Assembly (NCBI GenBank): GCA_965220085.1
Contig: CBDCOZ010000003.1
Span: 1,856,001-1,920,000 of the forward strand
Reading direction: 5' to 3'
Source of the DNA: Candidatus Oxydemutatoraceae bacterium
GTDB taxonomy: Bacteria > Pseudomonadota > Gammaproteobacteria > Poriferisulfidales > Oxydemutatoraceae
Length of the DNA: 64,000 bases
Of this stretch, positions 1 to 9,545 are shown piece by piece (position 1 is the first letter of the stretch; the number at the start of each line of letters is the position of its first letter). The notes below the pieces were generated by a model. It searched no databases, was not told the DNA's origin, and worked only from the letters and a program-made list of their open reading frames with translations. Made by a program: the position numbers and the translations under genes.

Positions 1-328
1 CCACAATACTTCTGGTTATTGCGGTGGTGCCGACGACGACGGTGTTGCCTACCCGCAGAGTGCCATTTGCAGGCGCCCGCAATCCCACCTCGGTGAGGGC
101 ATCACCTTCCATGTCAGCAAAGCGGAAGTCGGATAGCTTGAAGTAGTACGGGGATGCGGCGGTGGCGTCTGTGGACACATCAACGCTGGATGGCTGCGCA
201 GTGGGACTAGTATTTTGCGCTTGCGCCTGAGTGCAGACGGCAACCAGAGCGAGCAGGACGAGCGAGCAGAGGCTAAGCCGGGTTAGTGTTGTCCGCCAAT
301 GCGGGGAAGAACGGAGTACTTGCATCAT
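1..328 (-). CDS. Secreted Ig/cadherin-like protein of the LEGPLR family (5' part only; runs off the window)
   Basis: Manual translation from ATG at 328 (ATGA overlap with upstream stop): MMQVLRSSPHWRTTLTRLSLCSLVLLALVAVCTQAQAQNTSPTAQPSSVDVSTDATAASPYYFKLSDFRFADMEGDAL..., homologous to modules in 43882..45417 and 46448..48367; C-terminus not visible. Confidence 0.8.
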   Translation of the reverse strand, partial: MMQVLRSSPHWRTTLTRLSLCSLVLLALVAVCTQAQAQNTSPTAQPSSVDVSTDATAASPYYFKLSDFRFADMEGDALTEVGLRAPANGTLRVGNTVVVGTTAITRSIV

Positions 329-1200
329 CGCAGGGGGCCCTCAAGAAAGATGCGCAGGAGCAGGTGCGTCGGCAGATTGTCCTCTGTCACCCGATGACTG
401 TCTGTGCTGCACAGCGGCCCTGACGATGCGGGCGGGGAAAATTGATCCTTGAAAGAAACGCAGGCGCGGACGAACTTGCCCACATGGGCGGCAAGCGGGG
501 CGAAGTTCGGGGAGATAACGCCCGTTGCAGTGGCGCCCGGTATGTTGCTATAGGCGCTGCCCATGGGAGTGCCGGTGCCACTGGCGGGTGCGGCGGCCTG
601 TTGCCACTGCCAGATCAGAGTGCCGACATCAATGCTGTTGGGCTCCGTCACACCGGCGATGGAAGCGCTGATCCGGCCCGTGTCCATGGCGGTGATTGTG
701 GGCGCGCCGGTGGCGGCCATCTGCGCGGATGCTCCCACCAGATTGATGGTCATGGTGGCCATGTGGATATCGTCACCTACGATATTGGCGAATCTGAAAC
801 TGGTGAAGCCGGGGGTGGCGACAGAGATGGCATCATCCGGCAGGACATATTTGAAACGATCGTCCGACCCGGCAGCGGCTGAAAAATCACCTACGAAGTA
901 GAACTGACCCTGCGGGTGTTGATTGCCAATGCGGGTTATTGCCACACCATTCCCCTTGCGAAGGGTTCCGCGATCGGGCAAACTTTCAAAGTTCAGGCTG
1001 CTTCTTGTGAAGCCGGGGAAGTCGGCCAATACGAAGGTATGGCTGCCGCTGCCGATGACAACATCAACACTGGTGTCCCGGATTTGAGCGTCGGCACGGG
1101 TTGCGCCCAATGCCAAGCACAGGGCCAGCATGGTCAGCGAGCAGAGGCTGCGCCGAGTCATTGCTGACCGCCGATGCGGGGAGCGGAGTATGTGCATCAT
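325..1200 (-). CDS. Secreted two-module Ig-like protein with C-terminal LRIFLEGPLR motif
   Basis: 291 aa; signal peptide ending ADA-Q; cadherin/Big-like module plus WQWQ...RACVSF...GPLCS module; paralogue of adjacent genes. Confidence 0.85.
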   Translation of the reverse strand: MMHILRSPHRRSAMTRRSLCSLTMLALCLALGATRADAQIRDTSVDVVIGSGSHTFVLADFPGFTRSSLNFESLPDRGTLRKGNGVAITRIGNQHPQGQFYFVGDFSAAAGSDDRFKYVLPDDAISVATPGFTSFRFANIVGDDIHMATMTINLVGASAQMAATGAPTITAMDTGRISASIAGVTEPNSIDVGTLIWQWQQAAAPASGTGTPMGSAYSNIPGATATGVISPNFAPLAAHVGKFVRACVSFKDQFSPPASSGPLCSTDSHRVTEDNLPTHLLLRIFLEGPLR

Positions 1201-2063
1201 CGCAGGGGGCCCTCAAGAAAGAGGCGCAGGCGCAAGCGTATATCAGGCGGCGGCAACTGTGTCACCTGATGAGCGTCTGCGCTACACAGCGGCCCTTCCG
1301 ATGCGGGCATGGAAAACTGATCCTTGAAAGAAACGCAGGCGCGTACGTACCTGCTCAGTTGGGCGGCAGTCGGTGCGAAGAGGGAGGAAGAAGTGGCGCC
1401 CGGTATGTCAATGTAAGCGCTGGTTGCGGGAACACCGCTGGCGGGTGCGTCGGCTTGTTGCCACTGCCAGCTCAGGGTGCCGACATCAACGCCGTTGGGG
1501 TCCGTCACACCGGCAATGGAAGCGCTGATTCGGTGCGTGTCCGTGGCGGCGATTGTGGGTGCGCCAGTGGCGGCCGTCTGCGTGGATGCGCCCACCAGAT
1601 TGATGGTCATGATGGCCATTGTGGTAACCGCTACTTCATTCACAGACTCTCTAAAATTGAAGATGAAACTGGTATAGCCAGTGGCGATGGAAATGGCATC
1701 GGCGGGTGGCGTGTATCGGGGACCCTCGTCATCTACAAGATCACCAAAGAAGAAGACTTTGCCTTGTGGGTTAGTAGCGCCAAGCTCGTCGGTTTCTATA
1801 AGCCTGCCACGGTGGTCGGTGACGGTGCCACGGGGCAAACTTTCAAGGGACAGCGTAATTAACTCACGCAAGCCGGTGAAATCGGATGCCCGAAAGTGAT
1901 AAGTCTTGCCGATTTCAACATCAACACTGCTGTCTTGAGCCGGGGTTTGAGCGTCGGCCCGGGTTGCGCCCAATGTCAGGCACAGGACGAGCAGGGCCAG
2001 CGGGCAGAGGCTGCGCCGGGTCATTGCTGACCGCCGATGCGGAGAGCGAAGTATTTGCATCAT
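1197..2063 (-). CDS. Secreted two-module Ig-like protein with C-terminal RLRLFLEGPLR motif
   Basis: 288 aa tandem paralogue, ATGA-coupled to neighbours. Confidence 0.85.
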   Translation of the reverse strand: MMQILRSPHRRSAMTRRSLCPLALLVLCLTLGATRADAQTPAQDSSVDVEIGKTYHFRASDFTGLRELITLSLESLPRGTVTDHRGRLIETDELGATNPQGKVFFFGDLVDDEGPRYTPPADAISIATGYTSFIFNFRESVNEVAVTTMAIMTINLVGASTQTAATGAPTIAATDTHRISASIAGVTDPNGVDVGTLSWQWQQADAPASGVPATSAYIDIPGATSSSLFAPTAAQLSRYVRACVSFKDQFSMPASEGPLCSADAHQVTQLPPPDIRLRLRLFLEGPLR

Positions 2064-2929
2064 CGCAGGGGGCCCTCAAGGAAGATGCGCAGGCGCAAGC
2101 GTATATCAGGCGGCAACTGTGTCACCCGACGGCCGTCGCTACACAGCGGCCCTTCCGATGCGGGCATGGAAAACTGATCCATAAAAGAAACACAGGCGCA
2201 CACATACCTGCCCAGTTGGGCGGCAGTCGGTGCGAAGAGGGAAGAAGTGGCATCCTCTATGTCAACAATGTAGGCGCTGGGTGCGGGAACACCGCTGGCG
2301 GGTGCGGCGGCCTGTTGCCACTGCCAGCTCAGGGTGCCGACATTAACGCCGTTGGGCTCCGTCACACCGGCGATGGAAGCGCTGATTTGGTGCGTGTCTG
2401 TGGCGGCGATTCTGGGCGCGCCGCTGGCGGCCGTCTGCGTGGATGCCCCCACCAGGTTGATGGTCATGGTGGCCATGGTGACATTGGTGATTATGAGATT
2501 GGAGAATCTGAAACTGGCGAAGCCAGCGGCGACAGAGATGGCATCATCCGGCGGGATATATTCGAAGCGATCGCGCCCGAGAGTGGATGCAAAATTATCT
2601 ACGAAGAATTGCTGACCCTGCGGGTTGCTATGGCCAAGCCGGCCGACAAAACTACGGCCATCCCCCCTGAGAAGGGTTCCACGATCGGGCAAACTTTCAA
2701 AACTCAGGGCGCCGCCGTCTGTGAAGCCGGGGAAGTCGGCCAATACAAAGGTATAACTGCCGCTACCGAGGACAATATCAACACTGGTGTCCCGGATTTG
2801 AGCGTCGGCACGGGTTGCGCCCAATGCCAAGCACAGGGCGAGCAGGCAATGCACCGCCGCCCGTGCGGGTGCGAATAGCGCCACAAGCCGCAACCACAGC
2901 GAAAGCCCGGGCGAAATCGGGTAGCGCAA
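2060..2929 (-). CDS. Secreted two-module Ig-like protein with C-terminal RLRIFLEGPLR motif (true start probably ATG 3072, out of frame across a poly-C tract)
   Basis: 289 aa from TTG; frame stays open upstream to the G11-A-G6 tract at 3030..3047; MKRQMFNST leader at 3072 matches leaders of paralogues. Confidence 0.8.
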   Translation of the reverse strand: MRYPISPGLSLWLRLVALFAPARAAVHCLLALCLALGATRADAQIRDTSVDIVLGSGSYTFVLADFPGFTDGGALSFESLPDRGTLLRGDGRSFVGRLGHSNPQGQQFFVDNFASTLGRDRFEYIPPDDAISVAAGFASFRFSNLIITNVTMATMTINLVGASTQTAASGAPRIAATDTHQISASIAGVTEPNGVNVGTLSWQWQQAAAPASGVPAPSAYIVDIEDATSSLFAPTAAQLGRYVCACVSFMDQFSMPASEGPLCSDGRRVTQLPPDIRLRLRIFLEGPLR

Positions 2930-3143
2930 CTGCGCTGCGGCGTATGGCGAGTCTATATGGGATGGCGGCAGAAAGCGGGCGGCGAGGCCGTAGAGCCAAG
3001 CAACCGCAATCCCCCTATTTACATGGCGCGGGGGGGGGGGAGGGGGGTAGAGTTAAACATTTGTCGTTTCATATCCATTGTTTCTATGACAGTTTGTATC
3101 TCATGAATGCGGTTGTACGGTTAGTGTTGCACTATAAACAATC

Positions 3144-3264
3144 CACAAGCAATTTATGGAGCACGAACAACTAAGAAACCACAAGCAATTAAATATTGTT
3201 TGTGATCCATGAAAAAGCCACAAACAACTGAGTGTTGTTTGTGCCTCATTAAACGTTGTTTGTG
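3144..3264. promoter_or_regulatory. Cluster of CACAA(G/A)CAA half-sites including two inverted pairs with 7-bp spacers
   Basis: CACAAGCAA-TTAAATA-TTGTTTGTG (3180..3204), CACAAACAA-CTGAGTG-TTGTTTGTG (3219..3243); further half-sites at 3144, 3162, 3256. Confidence 0.5.
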
Positions 3265-3366
3265 TATATAACCGTATCACAAAGCGCAAGTCATCTACAA
3301 GTGTTTATATCTCCTGTTTCTAACAAATGTAATTATATAATGAGTGCCTGACACCCTTACGTGTCG

Positions 3367-3395
3367 CACTATACCACAGTGCGAGTCATTTGCAA
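3367..3395 (-). promoter_or_regulatory. Putative sigma70 promoter motif shared by LEGPLR genes
   Basis: Minus strand TTGCAA-N16-TATAGT; related copies near 3272, 36973, 37046, 37116 and 45540. Confidence 0.5.
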
Positions 3396-3539
3396 GTGCC
3401 TGTTTTGTGCCGTAGCCAATGTGCTGATACCGCCTGTCGCGCGGATACAAGAAATCCATAATATTTCTGGCATTATGCGCCTGCCTTCACCCCCTTCGTG
3501 CGCCCATAATACCCCCCTTCTCCGCCGCAGGCCACTCGC

Positions 3540-3580
3540 ACCACCGTAGCGGGCCTTCAAGGAAAAGCCGTAGCCGCACA
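3540..3580 (-). pseudogene. Orphan 3' remnant of a LEGPLR-family gene
   Basis: Encodes VRLRLFLEGPLR followed by TGG instead of a stop; lies between IS481-end-like sequences at about 3448..3478 and 3651..3692. Confidence 0.65.
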
Positions 3581-3919
3581 GGCAGGAAGCGTCTGCGGAA
3601 CTTGAAGGGGGTTCTTTGCGGGCCGAAGCTCCAAGCGCCCATGACACGCACCATATCCGCCCCATGTGTCCAATATGTCATGGCATCCAACACCGGCGCT
3701 AAGGAAGCTTGGCGATAATGCGCCACTACCGCCCGCGCATACCTTCAACTCTCTCTGAAATAGCAATGGCCGTGCCAGAACCGATTAGCCGATTCAACGG
3801 TAACAGTGCCCGCTCAGAACTGTGACACCTTTTAACAAATCGCACTAAGGCACCCGCATACGCACCACAGCGCTTGTTGCCCCTGCGAAACAGGGGCAAC
3901 AACTAATAAGTATGCAGGC

Positions 3920-4078
3920 TTACTTGTCTTTCTTAGAAAGCTTTGCGGCGGCTTCAATAACTTTATTTTGCTCTCTGATGGACCTTTCAATAATCCTTTT
4001 GAATGCCTTATTTTGCTCTCCGGCGCTTGCCCGCATAAATCTGGAAAAAGAGTTCCCACCTTTGTCTTTTTTCGCCAT
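3920..4078 (-). CDS. Small protein downstream of zeta-toxin-like gene (possible partner/antitoxin)
   Basis: Manual translation MAKKDKGGNSFSRFMRASAGEQNKAFKRIIERSIREQNKVIEAAAKLSKKDK (52 aa), GGAG RBS; below ORF-track cutoff. Confidence 0.65.
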   Translation of the reverse strand: MAKKDKGGNSFSRFMRASAGEQNKAFKRIIERSIREQNKVIEAAAKLSKKDK

Positions 4079-4162
4079 TTTAATCTCCTATAAATTTAAC
4101 AATCGAAACTGTCGCCGTATTTTAGCCAAAATCTGCCCGTTGGCAATTAGTCATTTTACAGG

Positions 4163-4903
4163 CTAAATAACAGCCATAACTTCCTCTACTGTGTTGTGTT
4201 TCCTTGATAGGTAGCTTTCTATACGCTCAACCCCCCTGAAGAAACGCTTGTTTCCTCCCTCTATATTCTTGACAACCAGCCACAAAGAAATATCAGATTT
4301 AAACTCCTCTTTCATTTTATTAACTACTTGCCAAGAATTGATATAGCTTTCAGCGAATGTCTTTGACGATACATGTCGCCCTTCTGCCTTCTCTCTCGCA
4401 CATACAAACTCCCAAGCCTTCAATGGCTCTTGATACACAAATACTATTTTTGCTTCGCGCTTATGCTTACGCTTGGGCGACAATGATCTTTCTATATTTT
4501 TCCTTGCCCTTTCCTCATTAGAAAGGGTACTATCCATAATGAAGTTGATACTCTTCTTGAGTGCCCGGTCATGCACCGCATCTACGAGGATAGAAGTCGC
4601 GTGTTGAAACAAGTAAGAGTTAGAGCCGTCATATTCTTCAAACTCTTTGCGATACTCATCCGCATCAATAACTAAAACTTCCTCCTTTCTCTCAACTTCC
4701 TCTGCAATAATACTTTTAACTGTCTCTGTCTTTCCAGCCCCGGGAGAGCCTGCCATAAATGTAGAAATAGGGCTGGAATCTTCTTCAATTCCATCTACCT
4801 GCTTCTTGGCAAAGCTCCCCTTTATCTTTTTAGCATGCTTAATGGCACGCTCATAGATAGCCTTTTCCTCTGCTGTCATTTCTGCTGGCGCAGACAATGT
4901 CAA
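4163..4903 (-). CDS. Zeta toxin family P-loop kinase
   Basis: MAGSPGAGKT Walker A, IDADEYR, MDSTLS, EGRHV motifs. Confidence 0.85.
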   Translation of the reverse strand: MTLSAPAEMTAEEKAIYERAIKHAKKIKGSFAKKQVDGIEEDSSPISTFMAGSPGAGKTETVKSIIAEEVERKEEVLVIDADEYRKEFEEYDGSNSYLFQHATSILVDAVHDRALKKSINFIMDSTLSNEERARKNIERSLSPKRKHKREAKIVFVYQEPLKAWEFVCAREKAEGRHVSSKTFAESYINSWQVVNKMKEEFKSDISLWLVVKNIEGGNKRFFRGVERIESYLSRKHNTVEEVMAVI

Positions 4904-5667
4904 GGAAGCTTGGCGATGATGCGCAGGGGCGCGCCGCTGCCGCCTTTGATCTTCATCGGCAACGCATAGATGACGAACCCTTTGGGCGGCAACTTGTCCA
5001 TGTTGGCGACATTCTCAAAGGCCGGAATCTGTTTGTCAAAAAGTATCTGGTGAGTCATGAACAGTTTGGACTGCCCGTAGTCTATGCTCGGGGTGTCCAG
5101 CCCGATGGATGCGATGTTCCTGTTCTCAACAAGCCACTTGGCGGCGTCGGGGTGCAGGCCGGGGAAATGCAACAGCGGCACGGCATCTTTGCCGCGCCGG
5201 GCGGTGCCCATGTACTTCTCCTTGTCCCCCCAGTATCGGGAGTAGCCGGTGTACAGGAGCAGGATGATGTTGTCGGCTAACTCGCCGTGTTGCTTCTCCC
5301 ACCCGCGTATGTCTTCGACGCTGACCTGATAGTCGGGGTTCTTTAGCGCTCTTTCCGAAACATCGATGACCGCGCCGGGGCCAATCAGCCGATCCAGCGG
5401 CACCTGCTCGGTAGTGTGGCGCCCTTTGGCGAAGTGCGACGGCGCATCCATGTGGGTGCCGCCGTGCTCCGCCGCGCTGAATTGATTGGCGGCGTAGTAA
5501 AAGCCCGCCTCGGTGACGCCGTCATGAACCGATTCCAGGTGAAAGCTTTCCGCGGTGGGCCAATAAATGGACTCCATGGAAAACTCGTGCGTCAAATCCA
5601 GCCACTGCCCGGCTTGAGAGGCGACGGGGAATGTAGCGCAAAGCAAAAGTAAAAGTCTGATTTTCAT
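4900..5667 (-). CDS. Cyclase family (kynurenine formamidase-like) metal-dependent hydrolase, exported
   Basis: EHGGTHMDAPSHF, GLDTPSID, ALPMKIKGGSGAPLRIIA; start placed at MKIRLLLLL signal peptide. Confidence 0.9.
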   Translation of the reverse strand: MKIRLLLLLCATFPVASQAGQWLDLTHEFSMESIYWPTAESFHLESVHDGVTEAGFYYAANQFSAAEHGGTHMDAPSHFAKGRHTTEQVPLDRLIGPGAVIDVSERALKNPDYQVSVEDIRGWEKQHGELADNIILLLYTGYSRYWGDKEKYMGTARRGKDAVPLLHFPGLHPDAAKWLVENRNIASIGLDTPSIDYGQSKLFMTHQILFDKQIPAFENVANMDKLPPKGFVIYALPMKIKGGSGAPLRIIAKLP

Positions 5668-5790
5668 TGGTGTGTTTTCTCCGATTATCGTATGAGCAAG
5701 GGAAAATATATTAGCACAGGTCGGAACTGCGGGCACGGGAGCGATTGCCGCTATAATAGCGCACATTATTTTCAAGCAAAACTATTCCCA

Positions 5791-6366
5791 ATGGACAAAA
5801 GAAACTACATCATTGTGGCCGCTCTTGAACTTGAACTGCGAGGGCTGGAGAGCTACGCACCGCTGGTTTACACCGGCGTTGGCAAAATCAATGCCGCGAT
5901 TCGTTTGTATAAGGCGATTCTGCGGTATCGCCCCGATTTGGTCATTAACTATGGAACCGCCGGCGCGCTGAAAGGGCACAGCGGTCTTCTGAAAGTCTCA
6001 ACCATCGTCCAGCGCGACATGGATGCCAGACCGCTCGGGTTTGCGCGCGGGGTCACGCCCTTCTCCGACGAGGAGTTGCCCGTGGCCGATGGCATCGTAT
6101 TGGGCAGCGGCGATTGCTTCATGTCCAACCCCGAAAAAGAATTGGACGGGCTGGACATTGCGATTGACCTCGTTGACATGGAGGGCTTCGCGCTGCAGGA
6201 AGTCTGTCGCGAGCTCGGCGTTGGGTTTGACTGCTACAAGTATGTGACCGACAGCGGCGATGACGATGCGGGCGGCGACTGGCAGGAAAATGTGGCCAAA
6301 GGCGCCGGCATATTCAAGGAATTGCTGCAAGCGGACTATGGGCAATCGGCCCTTGCCGCAACCTGA
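5791..6366 (+). CDS. Nucleosidase, PNP/UDP phosphorylase superfamily (MTA/SAH nucleosidase-like)
   Basis: TGVGKINAA, NYGTAG, VDMEG, KYVTD motifs. Confidence 0.85.
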   Translation: MDKRNYIIVAALELELRGLESYAPLVYTGVGKINAAIRLYKAILRYRPDLVINYGTAGALKGHSGLLKVSTIVQRDMDARPLGFARGVTPFSDEELPVADGIVLGSGDCFMSNPEKELDGLDIAIDLVDMEGFALQEVCRELGVGFDCYKYVTDSGDDDAGGDWQENVAKGAGIFKELLQADYGQSALAAT

Positions 6367-6503
6367 TTCCCGATATTGTTATAATGGCGCGACCCTAATT
6401 GAGAGAGGAATTCATTGACTCTTTGCGGATTAGACTTACAAAATGTCATTACGGGCTTTTCCGAAAAACATAATGACACAACCGACGGAGGACTGATGAA
6501 CTT

Positions 6504-6668
6504 ATGTCAAAAGAAACGAAAAAACATAACTCAGAAACAGATAAGAAAAAATCAAAACAACCAAACCGGAAGCTTACCTTGGAAGAAGTGCTAAGTCGAC
6601 CAGGGACGCAAGAGGTCATGGATGTTTACGGGTGGACAATAGCGCCCAAAAACTATCCTGCGGAATAA
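6504..6668 (+). CDS. Small basic hypothetical protein (54 aa)
   Basis: MSKETKKHNSETDKKKSKQPNRKLTLEEVLSRPGTQEVMDVYGWTIAPKNYPAE; upstream GGAGG; shares L..PG..EVM..Y..W with next ORF. Confidence 0.55.
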   Translation: MSKETKKHNSETDKKKSKQPNRKLTLEEVLSRPGTQEVMDVYGWTIAPKNYPAE

Positions 6669-6707
6669 CATAGGAAAGAATCAGACAAACTAGGAGGGAC
6701 AAATCAT

Positions 6708-6920
6708 ATGCATAATAAATCCAAACACCAACGAACGCGTTCCAAACAAAAATCAGAACGGCAATCAAATCAAGAAAAGATGCTGAAAAAAGCCTTGCAA
6801 CAGCCCGGGATGCGCGAGGTTATGAAAATTTATGAACACTGGCAATCAGCAAATCGCGGACTGGACCCGTACTATAGAATGGCGGGAAACTCTTCTACCA
6901 CAACAACAAATCATACCTAA
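6708..6920 (+). CDS. Small basic hypothetical protein (70 aa)
   Basis: GGAGG RBS; LQQPGMREVMKIYEHW motif paralogous to 6504..6668. Confidence 0.6.
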   Translation: MHNKSKHQRTRSKQKSERQSNQEKMLKKALQQPGMREVMKIYEHWQSANRGLDPYYRMAGNSSTTTTNHT

Positions 6921-7002
6921 CCTTGTGACTGTGCTTCGGCCTGCGAGATAAAATATGCCTACTCCGCCCTTGCCGGAAAAGGCTGAGTTGCGTAGCTAGC
7001 CG

Positions 7003-7776
7003 CTAGGCTCGGAGCCAGGATTCAAAGATCTTATCTCGATGATGCGCAAGGAACTCTGGATCTGGCGGATGTCTTGAGGGCGGCGTTATCTTCTTCCCTT
7101 CATAAGATTTAATAGAACTTCTCGCGTACATATCGTCTGACATATGCTCTGACACAACAATAGAGAGGTCTTCTTCGATCGTGATGAGGCCTCTGTCAAA
7201 TGCCTTGTCGTGCAGGGCAGAGAGTAATAACCCATTCGTCGGATTCAATCTGTTTCTCAAATCTTTATGCCAAGGCTTTATGTGACTGGCAACCAACAGT
7301 TTGGGTTCCGAAAGTCCTGTGATGCAGCATTTGCCACTATACATATTAATCATTGCCTCACGAAAGAGCCCTTGATTCTTACGTACATTCACTTCTGCTA
7401 CTGTGCTGGTTGACAAATCCCGGACTGACCTTTGTGGACGCTGACTACTGTCCTCCGGAATCAGCTTCAGGTATTCTTCGGCTTCGTTGCAATTCTTAAG
7501 AAACCCTATCCAATCTTCTTTCATTTCTTGCCAAACCTCCCGATCTTGTCTGGAAGCGTGAGAAAGCCCGCTCTTCCCTGCGGAAGTGACATCCGGATCA
7601 ATGCTTGAGAAATTGGCAAGCTTCATTGACAGAGAAGACGGCGTCCTCTCTAAAAGAGTTGCGAGTTTTATTATCTTGGGGTTGCGGCGATGGATTTTTC
7701 CAAACGGTATTACACGATAAAGGTAAAGCGCAACGCACAACTCTTCCCTGCTCCATTGCTTTCCTCTTCTCGCCAT
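7003..7776 (-). CDS. HNH endonuclease (putative modification-dependent restriction enzyme)
   Basis: CCITG...LVASHIKPW...NGLLLSALHDKAFDRGLI. Confidence 0.9.
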   Translation of the reverse strand: MARRGKQWSREELCVALYLYRVIPFGKIHRRNPKIIKLATLLERTPSSLSMKLANFSSIDPDVTSAGKSGLSHASRQDREVWQEMKEDWIGFLKNCNEAEEYLKLIPEDSSQRPQRSVRDLSTSTVAEVNVRKNQGLFREAMINMYSGKCCITGLSEPKLLVASHIKPWHKDLRNRLNPTNGLLLSALHDKAFDRGLITIEEDLSIVVSEHMSDDMYARSSIKSYEGKKITPPSRHPPDPEFLAHHRDKIFESWLRA

Positions 7777-7853
7777 CCGCGCCTACAACCCTCATGTAAT
7801 AAATCTCCTAAATAGGGTATTACAGAAAATTACCCCGAGCAATACAAATGTAG

Positions 7854-8384
7854 CTAGTCACCGGCGAATTCCATCAATGCGTGATACGCAAGGTCTTGCC
7901 CGGCAAGCTTCTCCCCGCCTTTGAGGTCGGGCAGGTCAATCAAGAACATGCACAATGCGACTTCGACATCCATTCTGCGCAAGAGCTTGGAAGTTGCGAC
8001 AACCGTGCCGCCGGTCGCGAGCAAATCGTCGACCACCAATGCGCGAGCGCCTTTTTTCAGCGCATCGGAGTGAATCTCCAGCGTGTTGGCGCTGTATTCG
8101 CATTCGTACTTCTCGGAGATCGTAGCGGCCGGCAGCTTGTTGGGCTTGCGCACCAATGCGAGCGGCTTGTCCAAGTGGTAGGCGAGCGTTGATGCAAAGA
8201 TAAAACCGCGCGACTCAATGGCAACGAATGCGTCAAACTCCACTTGCTCGCAACGCGCCCGCATCTCATCGATGGCCATCTTGAACGCTGCCGGTTCAAG
8301 CAGCAATGTTGTGATGTCACGAAAATGCACGCCCTTGACGGGGAAATCAATGACGGTGCGGATATGTTCTTTGAGTTTGGACAT
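7854..8384 (-). CDS. apt: Adenine phosphoribosyltransferase
   Basis: DFPVKGVHFRDITTLL, IESRGF, VDDLLATGGT PRPP-binding loop. Confidence 0.95.
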   Translation of the reverse strand: MSKLKEHIRTVIDFPVKGVHFRDITTLLLEPAAFKMAIDEMRARCEQVEFDAFVAIESRGFIFASTLAYHLDKPLALVRKPNKLPAATISEKYECEYSANTLEIHSDALKKGARALVVDDLLATGGTVVATSKLLRRMDVEVALCMFLIDLPDLKGGEKLAGQDLAYHALMEFAGD

Positions 8385-8553
8385 AGGCTCATTTTACCCG
8401 CAAGTTCATTTTAGGAAATAATCACGAATGTCTTTTAAGCGATACTTGCAAAACATCAACTTGCCGCAAACAAATAGTTTAGAATAGATAGCCTTGCCTC
8501 TCTATGTTATGGGGCGGCAAAGCAAATGGCAAACGCATCAAGAGCGATACGAT

Positions 8554-9381
8554 ATGGGAACTTGTATTTATTGCAAACAACCGGCCGGCTTTCTGCGGCG
8601 ACGGCATAAGGAATGCCATCAACGCTACCTGCAAGGGAAGTCCGAGATTATTAGCCTCATCAGCCAAGTCGGCACAGCGGACGCTAATCCGGAGCAACTG
8701 ACCGACGCGATTAAGGACATTGCGTCATCCAGCCGTATCACCGACAAGGCAAAGAGGGAAATTCTGGCGGCGGGCTGGAAGAAAGCGGTTGACACGGCTC
8801 TGGCCGATGATGTGTTAAGCCCTGAGGAGGAACATGCGCTGATGGTTCTGCAACAGAACTTCTCTTTGACTCAACAAGAGCTCAATGATAACGGAGCTTA
8901 CACCAGAGTCGCGCAAGGCGCGGTAATCCGAGAAGTGCTCGAAGGCAAAATACCTCAGGCGATACAAACCGATTTTCATCCTTTTAACCTGCAGAAAACA
9001 GAGCAGTTAGTGTGGCTGCTCTCGGGGGTTGATTACTATGAAGAGAGAACTCGCACTCACTATAGAGGAGGTTCTCAGGGCGCGAGTATTCGCATCGCAA
9101 AAGGCGTATATTATCGCTTCGGCGGATTCAAGGCCGAGCCGGTACACACATCGGAGAACATGTATCTGGACACAGGCGCGATGGGGATTACCAACAAGCA
9201 CATCTATTTTGCGGGAGAATCCAAACGCTTCCGAATCAAATACGAGAAAATCATGGCATTTGAACCATTTTCAGATGGCATCGGCATACAAAGAGATGCG
9301 ATGACCGCAAAGCCACAAACTTTTATAACAGAAGATAGCTGGTTCATCTACAATCTGATTACGAATTTGGCGCGGATGTAA
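8554..9381 (+). CDS. Hypothetical protein with N-terminal Cys/His cluster
   Basis: CIYC...HKECH at N-terminus; GGSQGASIRIAKGVYYRFGG and ITNKHIYF in C-terminal domain; start moved to ATG 8554. Confidence 0.7.
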   Translation: MGTCIYCKQPAGFLRRRHKECHQRYLQGKSEIISLISQVGTADANPEQLTDAIKDIASSSRITDKAKREILAAGWKKAVDTALADDVLSPEEEHALMVLQQNFSLTQQELNDNGAYTRVAQGAVIREVLEGKIPQAIQTDFHPFNLQKTEQLVWLLSGVDYYEERTRTHYRGGSQGASIRIAKGVYYRFGGFKAEPVHTSENMYLDTGAMGITNKHIYFAGESKRFRIKYEKIMAFEPFSDGIGIQRDAMTAKPQTFITEDSWFIYNLITNLARM

Positions 9382-9545
9382 GTCTTCATGAGCGGCTACC
9401 GCCAGCGGCGGGAAAGGCAATGGCGGCGCGGGTATGGCCTTTGGGACCTCGGCTACGGCGGCCTGCGCCCCAAAGCCGGACAGCGCCCCTGCTAGCGCGC
9501 GGGTGTATAATGGAACCGACGCTCAAACTGTAAGGGAGGTCGTTT

